From: Okamejei kenojei
Lineage: Eukaryota
DNA length: 64,000 bases
Assembly: GCA_035221665.1 (NCBI GenBank)
Contig: CM069132.1
Span: 22,134,001 to 22,198,000 of the forward strand
Direction of reading: 5' to 3'
Within the stretch, counting starts at the first letter, position 1; the number at the start of each line of letters is the position of its first letter. The notes beneath the pieces were generated by a model. That model did no database searches and was not told the origin of the DNA. It saw only the letters and a program-made list of their open reading frames with translations. The position numbers were made by a program, and so were the translations under genes. This document shows positions 23,103 through 36,440 of this stretch, piece by piece.

Positions 23103-23799
23103 AACTCAGAGAAACAAGGAGGAGGAATGAAACCGATGAGATTGCCATATTCTGCAATGACAAGGCCCCCCTCCCTGTCGTAGGATGTTCAGTCAAGATG
23201 ATGTCTCTGATTGAGCTGATGTTTCACAGCTCCAGTGACGCAGGTTCACACCTGACATCAAATGTCATCTGCCCAATCTCTTTAAAGTTCTGAAACTGCA
23301 AATTTAACGATATATCTGCAGCAGTGACCTCGGAAAATCTTGAAATATGTAGAAATATCGACTAAAAACTCGATTTCACGATAAAATTATAGATATAATG
23401 ATCCCAGGCCAATTTTCCTGCAGGTTCATTTGCATAACTCATATTTCATACTTTGATAATGATGCACTTGTAGCATAAGCCATATAACTATAAAATAAAA
23501 ATGTGACTAATTTATTTGAAAATTTTGTTTCTAGACACACATTATTGCACAAAATACTATAAATCTTACCATCACTCAAAGCTGGAAAATAATGATCCCT
23601 TATCTAGTCTCTCCTAAAGCTGATATGTGTAAGGATACAGATCCAAGCACAGTACTGCAGTCACACGATATGATATCAGTGGATAATATCCTTTACCTCT
23701 CTATAAAGATAGGGGCAGTCACGAAGGATTGCAGGACAGTGATTGTTAAAATCCAGCTGAACAGGCAGAAGGAGCTGCTCAACATTTCTGAACAAAGGG

Positions 23800-24064
23800 G
23801 TGGCACAAAGGGGTGCCTTACAGTGCCGGAGACCTGGGTTCAATCCTGACTACGGGTGCTGTCTACGGAGTTTCCCCCTGTGACATCATGGGCTTTTTCC
23901 AGGTGTTCCGGTTTTTTCCCACATTCCAAAAACATGCAGGTTTGTAGGCTGCTTCTGTAAATTGCCACTAGTGCATAGGAAGCAAAACTGGGATAACATA
24001 GAACTATATACAGGTGATCGGTGGGCTGAAGGACCAGTTTCCACGCTGTTTCTCTGAACTAAAC
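23800..24064 (+). mobile_element. tRNA-derived SINE
   Basis: gacctgggttcaatcctgactacgggtgctgtc...tgaactaaac, same family as the neighbours. Confidence 0.7.
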
Positions 24065-24764
24065 TTCCCACAAGGCAGTACTGCAATATGTTGGGAATGT
24101 GAATCTAAATCATATTTTTCAATTCTTAAAGTGAGACTTGAACCTAGCGAGTTTTCTGAGCCCAAAATGAGATTAACAAGAATCATGGAACTACAAAGTT
24201 GGCAACCAGAAAATGCCAGAAACACTTAGTTGATCCAACAATATCTGTGGAAAGACAAACGGGATTAATGTTTCAAGTTCAAGACGCTCCTTGAGTTCTG
24301 ACAAAGACATCATTTGTAGCATTTTTTTAAAAATCATGAGGATATCTTTCGATTATTAAGCGCTCCTGAATCCTGGAACGGGGCAGTTGCATCACCCCGA
24401 ACTTTTTCTTTAATATTTACAAAAGGCAGCATTCTACATCAATTATAACACAAATAGATTTTGATTTCCTAAGAGCACAGCACATGCCTACATGGAATTC
24501 TTATTGAACAATATCTTCTCAATCTTAAAAATGTCACTGAAAAACATTTCATTTGGTGCCACTTTTAACTCTATGCTAATTGTTATTTCAGTTTTAATTC
24601 AATGGTGCAGTTGAATGCTGTATTATCACAGGATCGTAAAATTGCCTATAAGCTTCAATGATTCAGGTAAAGTAAAGAAAAAAACAACACTGTTCCACAA
24701 GTACTATTGTAACGTTGAAGAGACATTTAGACAGGTACATGGATAGGATAGATTTAATGAGATA

Positions 24765-25515
24765 CTAGACTAAGTGGGACGCGTTGGGTCCCTGTTACAC
24801 AGGAGGTTTGGTCCCCCAATGCAATATTCCACCACTCACCCATAGGCCCCAACTGCACAGGAACAGCTCATTTCCCCTCATCCCTAGCACTCTCTCCCCC
24901 TTCATCCTCCCTCTTCTTTCCCCTCCCCAATCTCTCCCTTTCCTTTCCCCTACCCTCAGTCACTCCCTCCCTCCATAACTCCTCTCCCCTCCCTACCCCC
25001 TCCTATCCCTCTATCCCCCACCTCCCCTATCCCCCACTACCCCTCCTCACCTCCCCCACTGCCCTCAGCTCCCTCTATTCCTCCTTCTCCCCATTCTCCC
25101 TCCTCACCTCCACCCTCTTCTTTTCCCTCTCCTCCTACCCTCCTCCAATCCCTCCCTCACCTCTCCTTTTCCCTACCCTCAGTCACTCCCTCCATCCCTT
25201 AATAACTCCTCTCCCCTCCCTACTCTCCCTCTATCCCCTCTCCTCCCCCACTCTCCCTCCCCAGGATCTCGAGGTTGCAGCTCCTCTCCCTTCTTGCATG
25301 CCCCGGAGGAGCATCAGCCGTCGGCGCCCTCAGAGCCAAGCGGGGGGGGACTTTTACTACCACCGATTGGAACAAAACTTGTTGCACTCAAAGTACAGGA
25401 GAACGGCGAGTGAGCAGGCAAAAAATCATAGCACTATCACGTACCGTTTTTGCGCAAATAGAAAAACCGCGCAAACCCGGAAGAGCACAAGATCAGAGCT
25501 TTAGTTATGTATAGA
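24765..25515 (-). mobile_element. Complete non-autonomous Helitron (751 bp)
   Basis: Minus strand: A|TCTATACATAACTAAAAG ... GGGACCCAACGCGTCCC hairpin, 7 nt, CTAG|T. No TSD. Joining the flanks restores a CR1-tail consensus (gagata|tggcccaaac). Confidence 0.85.
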
Positions 25516-26029
25516 TGGCCCAAACCCAGGCAGGTGGGACAAAAGTAGATGAGGCATTGGTTGTTGTGGGTAAGTTAGGCCGAAGGGCTCGTTTGCACAC
25601 TGATGGTCCTATGAAGTAAGGATCTTCAGTGACACCCAGAAATAGCCACACTCAGTCTGAAGCAGAATAATTGATCAGCTGCCCAATTGCTGCTTCGGCA
25701 AATTTTTGGGGTCAAACTGCCTGTTGGATTTGCCTCCCAATATCATATGCCTCCAACTATCACATTTCAGAATAATAATTCAGGAGGATAGGAGGAAGAA
25801 TCTTTTCACCCAGAGTGTGATGTGAATCTGAAACACAATGCCTGAGAAAGTGGCAGAGACAGAGATTGTCACAACATATAGGTATCTGGATGAGTACTTC
25901 AATTGCTATGGCAAAGAGGCTACAGATCAAATGATGGTAAATGTGGTTAGTGTAGGTGGCGGATGGCCTATTTCTGGGCTGCGTGATTCTATCAAACTAT
26001 ACTGGAGTTAAAAAATCATCTCTGTTATA

Positions 26030-26870
26030 TCTTGATTCAATAATGACTTTCTGCCCATCATAAACTAAGTAGGGAAGTTTGCTGAGCATTGCACAATGTT
26101 CAATTAAATTGCCAACATCTCAGTAAATTAAGCCATCCAATGCTACATGCAACAAGACCTAGACACGATTCAGGCATAGATTGATATGTGGCAAGGAATG
26201 GTCACGTCACTAAAATATCAGCCAATGACCATTTCCATCAGGAGAGTCTAAGTATATATGCCTGACATTCAATGGAAGTACTATCACTGTGATCCTCACC
26301 ACTAGCATCCTAGGTGTCATCTGTTACCAGAAATCCAACTGCACCAGTGATTAAAGTGATGTTGTTACAAGAGAAGGTCAGAAGGTAAGAATCACCCAAT
26401 GACGCACAAATAATTTTCCCCGCATACTAAGTCAGGTCAGGGATGTGATGGAATATCATCCTCTTCCCTGGATGACTGTGGCTTAACAACTCTTAAAAGG
26501 CAACAGCATCCATGATGAAAAGCCCACAGAAATGGACCTCATCCGCCAACCTAAATATTGGTTCTTTCCACCGGTTGTGCAGTGAAGATTCAGTTTGCAA
26601 ATTACATTGCAGTTACTTATTAAGGCAACTCAAACAGCATCTCCCAAACTCACAACCTCCATCATCAAGAAGGGGCACCAGACACAAGGGGATTTCAGAC
26701 TGAACATTTCCCTTCAGATCGCACACTATGTTGACTTGGAACTATACTCACATTCCCTCATTGTTGCTGGAATCATGAGACTCCCCTCTCAACAGCATTC
26801 ACTACGAATGCAACGATTCAAGAAGATTGATCACAACCCACTCTCAAGGTGAATTAGAAATGTTCAATTA
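26030..26870 (+). mobile_element. Ancient CR1/L2-group LINE 3' fragment
   Basis: caacaagacctagacacgattcaggc (QQDLDTIQA), atcctaggtgtc and caggtcagggatgtgatggaatat (QVRDVMEY). Confidence 0.5.
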
Positions 26871-27552
26871 CTGTTAGTCCCTCCATTGACACCCAGGTTC
26901 CCCAAACAGAAGTAATAAATAATCTAATACCCTACTTCGATTATGGTAACTGAGGGATAGATATTTTCCAGGAAATAATTAAGAAACAATTAAGAATGCA
27001 CACTATACAGGGAAAACATTGGTTTTCCAATCTATATGGATGAGTTAAGAGGAATAAAACCTTCCTTTTCTGAAGCAAATATGACGTCTATGATTTTGAT
27101 CCAAAAGCGCCCCATAACAGGCGTTGAAGCTTATGCCTCTGGGCTCCCAAAATCTCAATGTGTAGACAGCAAGCTGGTATAAGAACAATCTGTCCTCAAC
27201 TTCTGAATGGGAACACATTACAACAGCTAGACCACCAGGGACCACTGGTGACATATAGTCCCTGGGAAAATGTTCAGACTGTGCTGTCTTATGCTTTCAA
27301 AAATGTTACCTGCTGCTTCCATAGCAGCAACATTAAATAGGTACTATCATCTGCCTGCAAATTAAGTAACTGGTTGATTGACCATAATCCTGCTTGGAAA
27401 GAACAATGGACTAATGTATAAAAGTCCTACAATATAAATTAAATATATGAATGAACATTATTAATAAGAATAATTAAGCAAAGAAATGTCACTCATAAAT
27501 TAGTGCATGTTCTCTATTAAATTAAAAAAATACTTACGCATGGCTTACTCAC

Positions 27553-27658
27553 TTGCTAAATACATCAATCTCCACAACCACGCTCCTGTTGTATAAACCA
27601 ACTAAATTCCTCATCTCTAATGAATGCTTCACATCCCAGGGCACGAGTACCAATAATT
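27553..27658 (-). other. Candidate 106-nt cassette (poison) exon of RBM33
   Basis: ttaactcaatttttgggcag|NYWYSCPGM* ... CAA|gtgagt, with further donors gtaagc and gtaagt 4 and 15 nt downstream. Confidence 0.4.
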
Positions 27659-27882
27659 CTGCCCAAAAATTGAGTTAACTGAATGCTTCATAAATGAAGC
27701 CATATAAAGGATAAACTATGAATTTTGTTTTTCCAATACCAAATTTAAAAAAATATAAATGCCTTAGAAGTATAACAATTCACATAAACCTGAACAGATT
27801 AAAAATCAGCTGTCTACTAGCAAAGAGTTCTTTATCTCCATTTAAAAGCATGCATTGGCAAATATAGTTGAGAAATTCTAAC

Positions 27883-28161
27883 CTCTCCCACTGCAGAATC
27901 CTGTGACACGGGCTTCAGCTTCTTGTTTTTTTGCTGCAAGGTCTTCGGTGGCATCCTCTCTCCTGATGCAGGCTGAACAACAAGTGCACCTTGAGCAGTC
28001 TGGTTCATTCGAGTAGTGGTTGTAGATGAGGCAGTGGATTTTGACCAGGAAGCAGTCGTAGCTTGAGCAGCAGGAGCCGACAGAGGACGGTGTTGTTTTG
28101 TGGTACTGTTATGCGGAGCAATAGGCAATTCACGGAGGTTGCTGTTTCGTTGAGGAGAAGC
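27883..28161 (-). CDS. RBM33: RBM33 coding exon, 279 nt
   Basis: caattccag|ASPQRNSNLRELPIAPH...DSAVGE|gttaga. RNSNLRELPIAP is a conserved RBM33 motif. Phase 0/0. Confidence 0.93.
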
Positions 28162-29820
28162 CTGGAATTGATTTGGAAGCTTATTGATGTTTTGAATACC
28201 AGGTATACTCTGCAGATAACAAAGACATGCAGGAAGTGATATTTCGGATGAAATTTTATCGGAAACGACAATGATTTTAATAGTTTCATAATGATCAAAG
28301 TGGTATTAAACCTTTCACTAAGGAAAATAATTAAGCAATGTTTTTCCAAACAGATAATTTTTAAGTTAGTAAAATTTCAGAGCTCTCAAATCGATTCCCT
28401 TTTGTGTTTGACTTTGCTTAATTTCAACCAGACTGAACTGTTAAACACCCAACGTGATTTCTCAGCACTACCATCAGATGTGCAGGACCACAGTGATTCT
28501 GTTACTAGCTGCCCATTCCTCAATTCTAGATCAAATGAGCTAAAGACACAAGCTTACATTCCACCAGGGGAATTTAGCCCCATGCACCCAATCAGCCATT
28601 GAATAACATAACAGGTAACCCTTTACCTCTGTGGCACTTGCCTGCAATAACATCATATCTTGTGATGTTGAAATGCACAAAAGCCTACTGGGTATAGAAT
28701 TACTAACATTTATCATTCGCAAGATGGAGATTCCTCCTCATCTTTTTCTGAGTGGTTAACATGTTATTTTGAGATTATGACCCTTGGTTATAGATATCCT
28801 AGCATAATCAATTTCCTATAAGTTCAGACAAGCCCTGAAAGGAGGTATATTAAAAAATTATCAGAATGACCAGAAGATAATCGAGTTAACCAACACCCTT
28901 TGGGGAGTGAAGCTGCTTCCCTCGCCCGATCTTTGCAACACACAAAATCAAAGGAATGGGAGAACTCTTCAAGGGCAATTTGGGACGACTTGCCAGTGAC
29001 TCCAAAATCCTTGAACAAATTATTTAGAAGATGTGTAAGCAAGGAAATGGCCCGAGGTGGGACGAAACGACTTTTGGCTGTAAAATTGATTTGCCAATTG
29101 TAACTGTTCTGACCCAGCAGGCAGATAATTAAAATCGATTCTAAACACAAATGAGAATATAGGACAAATGTGGAAAGTTGAGAGGTGATGGCATGAAATG
29201 GTTTTGAAGAAAATATATATTTTAGCTAAAGTACATTTGAATCTACCATATTTTAACTAGAAAATGTTACACCTTTTAGATTTAAGGATTATAAGCTTTA
29301 AATAAATGCCTTCTTCCGGAAAAGCCGGAGTGGCACAATTCAAATATTCAAACAAAGACAAGTAATGAAAAATGTACCATGCTACTTTTAAGTAACAGAA
29401 ACACAGTGATTCCACTTTGAAGGAAATTACCCGAAATTCGGGAAATTCTGGTTGGCTTCGGGTAATTAATGAAATTGAATAATTTCGGAAAATTTCTGCA
29501 TGCAGCCAGTGAAGGGGCGTAAAGGTAATCCATACAGCACTGCCGGTTTGCGCTCAAAGGTTTAAACAGAGCGCTGTCAGTTTAACGCGTGAGAATTTAA
29601 ACAAAGAGCTGTCGGCTGCAGCGCTATGGGTTCTAAATATAGCGCTACCGGGTACAGCGCTATGGACAGCGCTCTGGGTCACAGCCTGTTCGGGAAAATG
29701 CTTGTATAACAATGAGTCTTTGGAATTGTCTTTCTTAGTGGGAGTTGAGCCTTTGGTTATTTTTCAGGCAGTGGTAGAATTCTGGATAAGCCTGGAGGTA
29801 AAAAATTACCAGTGGGCTGT

Positions 29821-30168
29821 GGGATTGTAGTTACATTGGGATTGGCCTTGATTTTACAGAACGGTGGGTGGGCACAAGGGGCCGAAAGGGAAGGGTGGAG
29901 AGAGGGAGAGTGGGAGGGGTGGAGAGAGGGACGGAGAGGAGGGAGGGGAGGGAGAGTGGGAGGGAGAGAGGAATTAGGAGGGAGAGAGGGGGAGCGAGAG
30001 AGGGAGGGAATAAGAGGGAGGGAGAGAAAAAAAGGGGAGAGAGAGGGATGAAGAGAGAGGGATTGCAGTTACATTGGGATTAGCCTTGATCTTACAGAAC
30101 GGTGGGTGGGCACAAGGGGCCAAAAGGGAGAGAGGTTGGGGTGGAGAGGGGGAGAGTGTGAGAGAAGG
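29821..30168. repeat. Two copies of a ~70-bp unit separated by a GA-rich tract, abutting an assembly gap
   Basis: gggattg(t/c)agttacattgggatt...cacaaggggcc at 29821 and 30060. Confidence 0.7.
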
Positions 30169-30429
30169 NNNNNNNNNNNNNNNNNNNNNNNNNNNNNNNN
30201 NNNNNNNNNNNNNNNNNNNNNNNNNNNNNNNNNNNNNNNNNNNNNNNNNNNNNNNNNNNNNNNNNNNNNNNNNNNNNNNNNNNNNNNNNNNNNNNNNNNN
30301 NNNNNNNNNNNNNNNNNNNNNNNNNNNNNNNNNNNNNNNNNNNNNNNNNNNNNNNNNNNNNNNNNNNNNNNNNNNNNNNNNNNNNNNNNNNNNNNNNNNN
30401 NNNNNNNNNNNNNNNNNNNNNNNNNNNNN
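30169..30429. other. Assembly gap (261 N)
   Basis: Run of N. Confidence 1.
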
Positions 30430-30790
30430 CGTCGTGTTACAGTTGTACAAGACAATGGTGAAAGTATTGTGTGCAGTTCTGGTCACCCTGCTGTTGCGAG
30501 AATGTCAGCTGGAAAGGATGAAGAATAGATTCACTTGGGTGTTACAAGGACTCTTGGCATAAGAAAAGACAGGATAGACTGGGGCTTTTTTCCCAGGCTT
30601 GAAGGAGGGTAAGTGGTGAGCTTAGCGGTATACAAAATTATGAGAGGTGAATGGTCATGGACTTTTTTCTGGGCTAGAATAGCCCAGAATTAGAACACAT
30701 AGGTAGAAGGGAACAGATTTAAGAAATCTGAGGGGCAATTTCTTCATGCAAAGTGTGGTGATATTTTGAATGGGCTGCCAGAGGATAGTA
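30430..30790 (+). mobile_element. Old CR1 3' fragment
   Basis: VVLQLYKTMV..tattgtgtgcagttctggtcacc..gaatgggctgccagagg. Confidence 0.65.
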
Positions 30791-31389
30791 TAAAATATTC
30801 ACTAGAGGGTGCTGCATTGAAGGCGCCTCTGCCTACAGCCTGTCTGTTTTTTCCTATCTTTTTTTTATTTTAGTTTGTCTAAATAGTTTTGTTTGGGAAT
30901 TCTTTCGTTTTACTATGGGGGGGAGGGGTAAAGGGGAAACCGCTTCCCAGTCGCTTCCTGGCGTGGATGCGACTATTTCTCCGAGTCGCGTCCTTGTTAC
31001 ACTTTTAACACAATGCAAGATGTGAATGTTAACAGGGTAAATGATAGTGTGCACCAATGGGAACCACGAAAATTAAAATCAATAAAATTGTGAACAATTA
31101 TCCTTGAATCATTGTAAAACAAAAAATATTGTATTACAAATAACTTGCTTTTTCTGTCTTTAGCATGGGAAAAGAAACATCCCAAATTGCAAGAGAAACA
31201 GACAATAAAACAAAAGCAAAAAAAAGGAATGTTTCCCCCGCCCCCCAGCAAATAAAAATATAAACAAGTGCAGAAAATGAAAATATAAAATGAAAACAGA
31301 AGCATCAGATGATTAGGCAGCCTCCGTTGAAAGATTAACAAAATTAATCATCAGGTTTAAATCTGACAATATATTTCTAAGAATTATAC

Positions 31390-32135
31390 AGAATGGAAAC
31401 AGACCCTTCGGCCTATGATGACCATTGACATGGCGGGCAGTCTCATTTTCCTGCATTTGGCCCACATCCATGTAAACCCTCCCTAACCAAGTACCTATCC
31501 AAATGTCTTTTGAAAGTTATACCTGTATCCACTTCTGCGGCGTCCTCTGGCAGCTCATTCAGACTGCTTCGAGTGAAAATGTTGCCCAAGGTCCCTCTTA
31601 AATAACTCCCCTCACTTTAAGTCTATGCCCATTCGTTTTAGAATCCTCTACCCTGGGAAAAAGACTGAGTGTTCACTTTATCTCCCATAATTTTGTATAC
31701 CTCTCTATGGTCACTCCGTTGCCTCCCACACTCCGAATAAAGGAGTCTCAGCCGAACTTGCCTCTCGTTATAACTGAAGCCCATTAGTGCTGTTCGCATC
31801 CTCGTGAATCTCTTCTGCGCCCTTTCCTTCCTTTAGCTGGACAGCCAGAATTGCACAGTACTCCAACTTGTTCAGCTGCAACATATGCCATCTTTTGTAT
31901 TTAATACCATGCTCAATAAAGGCAAGCATGCCTAACGTTTTGTTCACCACTCTGGCCACTTGAACTGCTATTTATCAGGGAACCATTCACCTGTACTCCT
32001 AGATCTCTGTTGTACAATAAGCTGGTCAATCCTGTACATCAGAATCCCCTCAAACAACTTTCCCACCACTGACATCAGGCGCACTGGCCTGTAAATCCTT
32101 GTTGTCCTTCTTAAATAATGGTACAATATGACCCC
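31390..32135 (-). mobile_element. Old CR1 fragments
   Basis: VVNKTLGMLAFIEHGIKYK..LEYC and a CR1 tail. Confidence 0.65.
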
Positions 32136-32259
32136 TCAAACTTCAGGCACTTTTGCACAATTGTTGCTCATAACCAACGTTTCTTTCAAAATAAATATCT
32201 GAAGAAGACTGGTTTGATTCCAATTCTGGTCATATCCACCACAATGTGAAAACATGTTC

Positions 32260-34253
32260 ATAGAATCATAGAAAATAGGTGCAAGAGTAGGCCATTTGGC
32301 CCTTCGAGCCTGCACCGCCATTCAATATGATCATGGCTGATCATCCAACTCAGTATCCTGTACCTGCCTTCTCTCCATACCCCCTGATCCCTTTAGCCAC
32401 AAGGGCCACATCTAACTCCCTCTTAAATATAGCCAATGAACTGGCCTCAACTACCTTCTGTGGCAGAGAATTCCACAGGCTCACCGCTCTCTGTGTGAAA
32501 AAAGATCTTCTCATCTCGGTCCTAAAAGACTTCCCCCTTATCCTTAAACTATGACCCCTTGTTCCGGAGTTCCCCAACATCGGGAACAATCTTCCTCCAT
32601 CTAGCCTGTCCAACCCCTTAAGAATTTTGTAAGCCTCTATAAGATCCCCCCTCAATCTCCTAAATTCCATCGAGTAACAAGCCGAGTCTATCCAGGCTTT
32701 CTTCATATGGAAGTCCTGCCATCCCAGGAATCAGTCTGGTGAACCTTCTCTGTACTCCCTCTATGGCAAGAATGTCTTTCCTCAGATTAGGAGACCAAAA
32801 CTGTACGCAATACTCCAGGTGTGGCCTCACCAAGACCCTGTACAACTGCAGTAGAACCTCCCTGCTCTTGTACTCAAATCCTTTTGCTATGAATGCCAAC
32901 ATACCATTTGCTTTCTTCACAGCCTGCTGCACCTGCATGCCTACTTTCAATGACTGGTGTACCATGACACCCAGGTCTCGTTGCATCTCCCCTTTTCCTA
33001 ATCGGCCACCATTCAGATAATAATCTAACCTCCTGTTTTTGCCGCCAAAGTGGATAACCTCACATTTATCCACATTATACTGCATCTGCCATGCATTTGC
33101 CCACTCACCCAACCTATCCAAGTCATCTTGCAACCTCCTAGCATCCTCCTCAAAGCTAACACTGCCCCCAGCTTCGTGTCATCTGAAAACTTGGAGATGT
33201 TGCATTCAATTCCCTTATCCAGATCATTAATATATATTGTAAATAGCTGGGGTCCCAGTACTGAGCCTTGCGGTACCCCACTAGTCACTGCCTGCCATTC
33301 TGAAAATGACCCGTTTACTCCTACTCTTTGCTTCCTGTCTGCCAGCCAGTTCTCTATCCACATCAATACTGAACCCCCAATACCGTGTGCTTCAAGTTTG
33401 TATGCTAATCTCTTATGTGGGACCTTGTCAAAAGCCTTCTGAAAGTCCAGATATAACACATCCGATGCTTCTCCATTATCCACCCTACTGGTTACATCCT
33501 CAAAAAATTCTATAGGATTCGTCAGACATAATTTACCTTTCATAAATCCATGCTGACTTTGTCCAATGATTTCACCGCTTTCCAAATGTGCTGCTATCCC
33601 ATCTTTAATAACTGACTCTAGCATTTTCCCCACTACCGATGTTAGACTAATTGGTCTGTAATTCCCCGTTTTCTCTCTCCCTCCCTTTTTAAAAAGTGGG
33701 GTTACATTAGCTACCCTCCAATCCTCAGGAACTACTCCAGAATCTAAAGAGTTTTGAAAAATTATCACTAATGCATCCACTATTTCTGGGGCTACTTCCT
33801 TAAGTACTCTGGGATGCAGCCTATCTGGCCCTGGGGATTTATCGGCCTTTAATCCATTCAATTTACCTAACACTACTTCCCGGCTAACCTGGGTTTCACT
33901 CAGTTCCTCCATCTCATTTGACCCCCTGAACCCTGCTATTTCCGGCAGATTATTTATGTCTTCATTTGTGAAGACAGAACCAAAGTAGTTATTCAATTGG
34001 TCTGCCATGTCCTTGTTCCCCATGATCAATTCACCAGTTTCTGACTGCAAGGGACCTACATTTGTTTTAACTAACCTTTTTCTCTTCACATATCTATAAA
34101 AACTTTTGCAGTCCGATTTTATGTTCCGTGCCAGTTTTCTTTCATAATCTATTTTCCCTTTCCTAATTAAACACTTTGTCCTCCTCTACTGGACTCTGAA
34201 TTTCTCCCAGTCCTCTGGTAGGCTGCTTTTTCTGGCTAATTTGTATGCCTGAC
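32260..34253 (-). mobile_element. Young 5'-truncated CR1 LINE (ORF2 RT domain with one frameshift near 33165, plus 3' UTR)
   Basis: ORFs 33025-34089 and 32660-33133: [68 protein letters not shown]. Tail (tctatga)n. Possible TSD catgttc at 32253-32259 and 34254-34260. Confidence 0.95.
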
Positions 34254-35989
34254 CATGTTCTGGCTAACATGTTATGGCTGTATCCCTACTCCATAGAACA
34301 GGGATGTGTTTGGATGCAAAGATAGACACAGAATGCTGGTGTATCTCAGTAGGTCAAGCAGCATTAATCCAGCATTTGTGTCTATCTTTGGTACAAACCA
34401 GCATCCTGAGTTGCTTTGTATTACGTGTGTTTGGAAGCATTCACCAAGTGTGTCAAAAGACATAAAAGTTATTCCAATTTCATTTATGGTACAGACCCCT
34501 TTAATTAATCATGTTCTAAACATATTTTTCTTTATGATACTTATTATATCCCACTAAGGAATAAAACCTAGTTGAGCGCTTAATGGATCAATGTGCTGTG
34601 CGATGGAGCAGTAAAACATGTTTACAATCCTTTTGGATCCAGAATTCCAGTTCTCAGCCCTGCTAAATAGTGAAGAATCAGCAAGGAATTAACTGTTATT
34701 GAGACAATGGTTGGAGTAGACAAATTATCAATTCATTCTTTCCCCCCTAAACTATATAATTCATAATGAGACACACATTAGTAATACCCTTTTCATAGGA
34801 AAATTAGGGACATCATTTTCACAAGGCTGCTCAAGGATGTCAGCTGCTAGCCAAAGTGGCACAAGCACGAATCAGGCCAAATAGAATTCATGGAACTGAA
34901 GGAACTGAATAACTTAGGTTAGATCTTGAAGCATTCAGATTACTCTCAGCATCACCAAAATAAGCAAAAATAATATTTCCAACTGGTTTTGCAGCCATAG
35001 TAAAAGAAAATGCTGGAAATAAGTGCAGTCATCAAATGTGCTTTCTCTGATGTTTTTTCTTACAAAAGGTGACTTTGTTAAATGAGAGCCCCTTTATTTT
35101 ATTCCCTAAGTGAACACGAGGGTTAACTTGAAAGTCTGCCCGTATCCTCCATATAATTTTGTGACACAACATATAACTACACACAAGATAGCTACAACTT
35201 TATGATAACATGAACGTATTCATAACCAGACTATAATTTAATTTATACCTGCAGTTAAAAATGGCAATAATTTTAGGTAAGGCAATCTGTTTGCTGAGAA
35301 GGAACATTCATCACATTTGGATCAAATACAAATAAATCACATTTGGATCAAATAGAGCTCTAGGGCCTAGCAAATTCAAGGGATATGGGGAGAAGGCAAG
35401 CACAAGTTACTGATTGTGGATGATCAGCCATGATCACAATGAATGGTGGTGCTGGCTCGAAGAGCCAAATAACCTCCTCCCGCACCTATTTTCTGTTTCT
35501 ATAGTACAAACACTGAAGCAAAGTACTGTCTTTCCGGTAGGCAGAAATTTCTTCAGAGATCTATAAGATAGAATAGTTAAAAATGTAGAAAATATCAATA
35601 TGCAAGAAGCAGTTAGAGAGGTAAATAGATTCCTGTGAACCTTTATGGGTGTCAGTTTGATTCAGCACCGGTCTCACAAGTTTGGTGTGAAAGATGCAAA
35701 CCTCCATGACATATTTTATCACTTTTCATTAGTTGAAACAAATATACACATATAATGTGAGTAGAGCTGGTCAATGATTAGGAAATTAATACTGATTAAT
35801 CACTTACTACAAAAAAAACAAGCACAAGTTAATAGTTTTAACCAGTGTTAAAGAATAATACAATTCCAGGAAAGTTTAATGGTCCAACAGAAAATCATTT
35901 GCCTGATGATCTCTAAAGAGCTTTCAAAATCCCTCTGTTGGCTTGTCACCCTTTACTGCCTCCAGTGAGACAACCCTCACATTGCTGCA

Positions 35990-36440
35990 TTCCTCCAATT
36001 TTGACCAATGTCCTTGAGCATGCTTGAGTTCCTGGCACCAATCCCTGTGGTACACCACTTGTCACAGGTTTCCAGTCAGAAAACCAATCCTCTGTCACAA
36101 CCCTCTGTTTCCTACCTGACAAGACAATTTTGTATCCAATTGGCTGGCACTCATGGGATCCCACGTGGTCTAACCTTCCAACTAACCTATTTGGAGGTAC
36201 CTTGTCAAAGGCCAAGAAGGCAACATCTAAGCCACTGCTCTCATCAATCTTCTTGGCCACCTCTTCATAAAACCTCAAATTGTTTCAGACATGATTTCCA
36301 ACACACAAAGCCATGCTGTCTATCCATAATCACTTGCCTTTCCAAATGCCTGTAGATCACCTCTCTCAGAATCACCTCCAATAACTTACTCACCACTGAT
36401 GTTAGGCTCACCAGTCTAGTTCCTAGGCTTTTCCTTGTAG
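35990..36440 (-). mobile_element. Old CR1 RT fragment
   Basis: VSLTSVVSKLLE, QHGFV, AFDKVP and VTSGVPQG. Confidence 0.8.

Noticed and set aside
29974-30562. ORFs spanning N runs (also 62577-63152)
   Set aside because: Artefacts of assembly gaps.
34318-34390. Hairpin aaagatagacaca...tgtgtctatcttt as a possible miRNA or MITE
   Set aside because: It is made of two opposed ends of the common Penelope-derived short repeat, with a similar case at 39400-39495.
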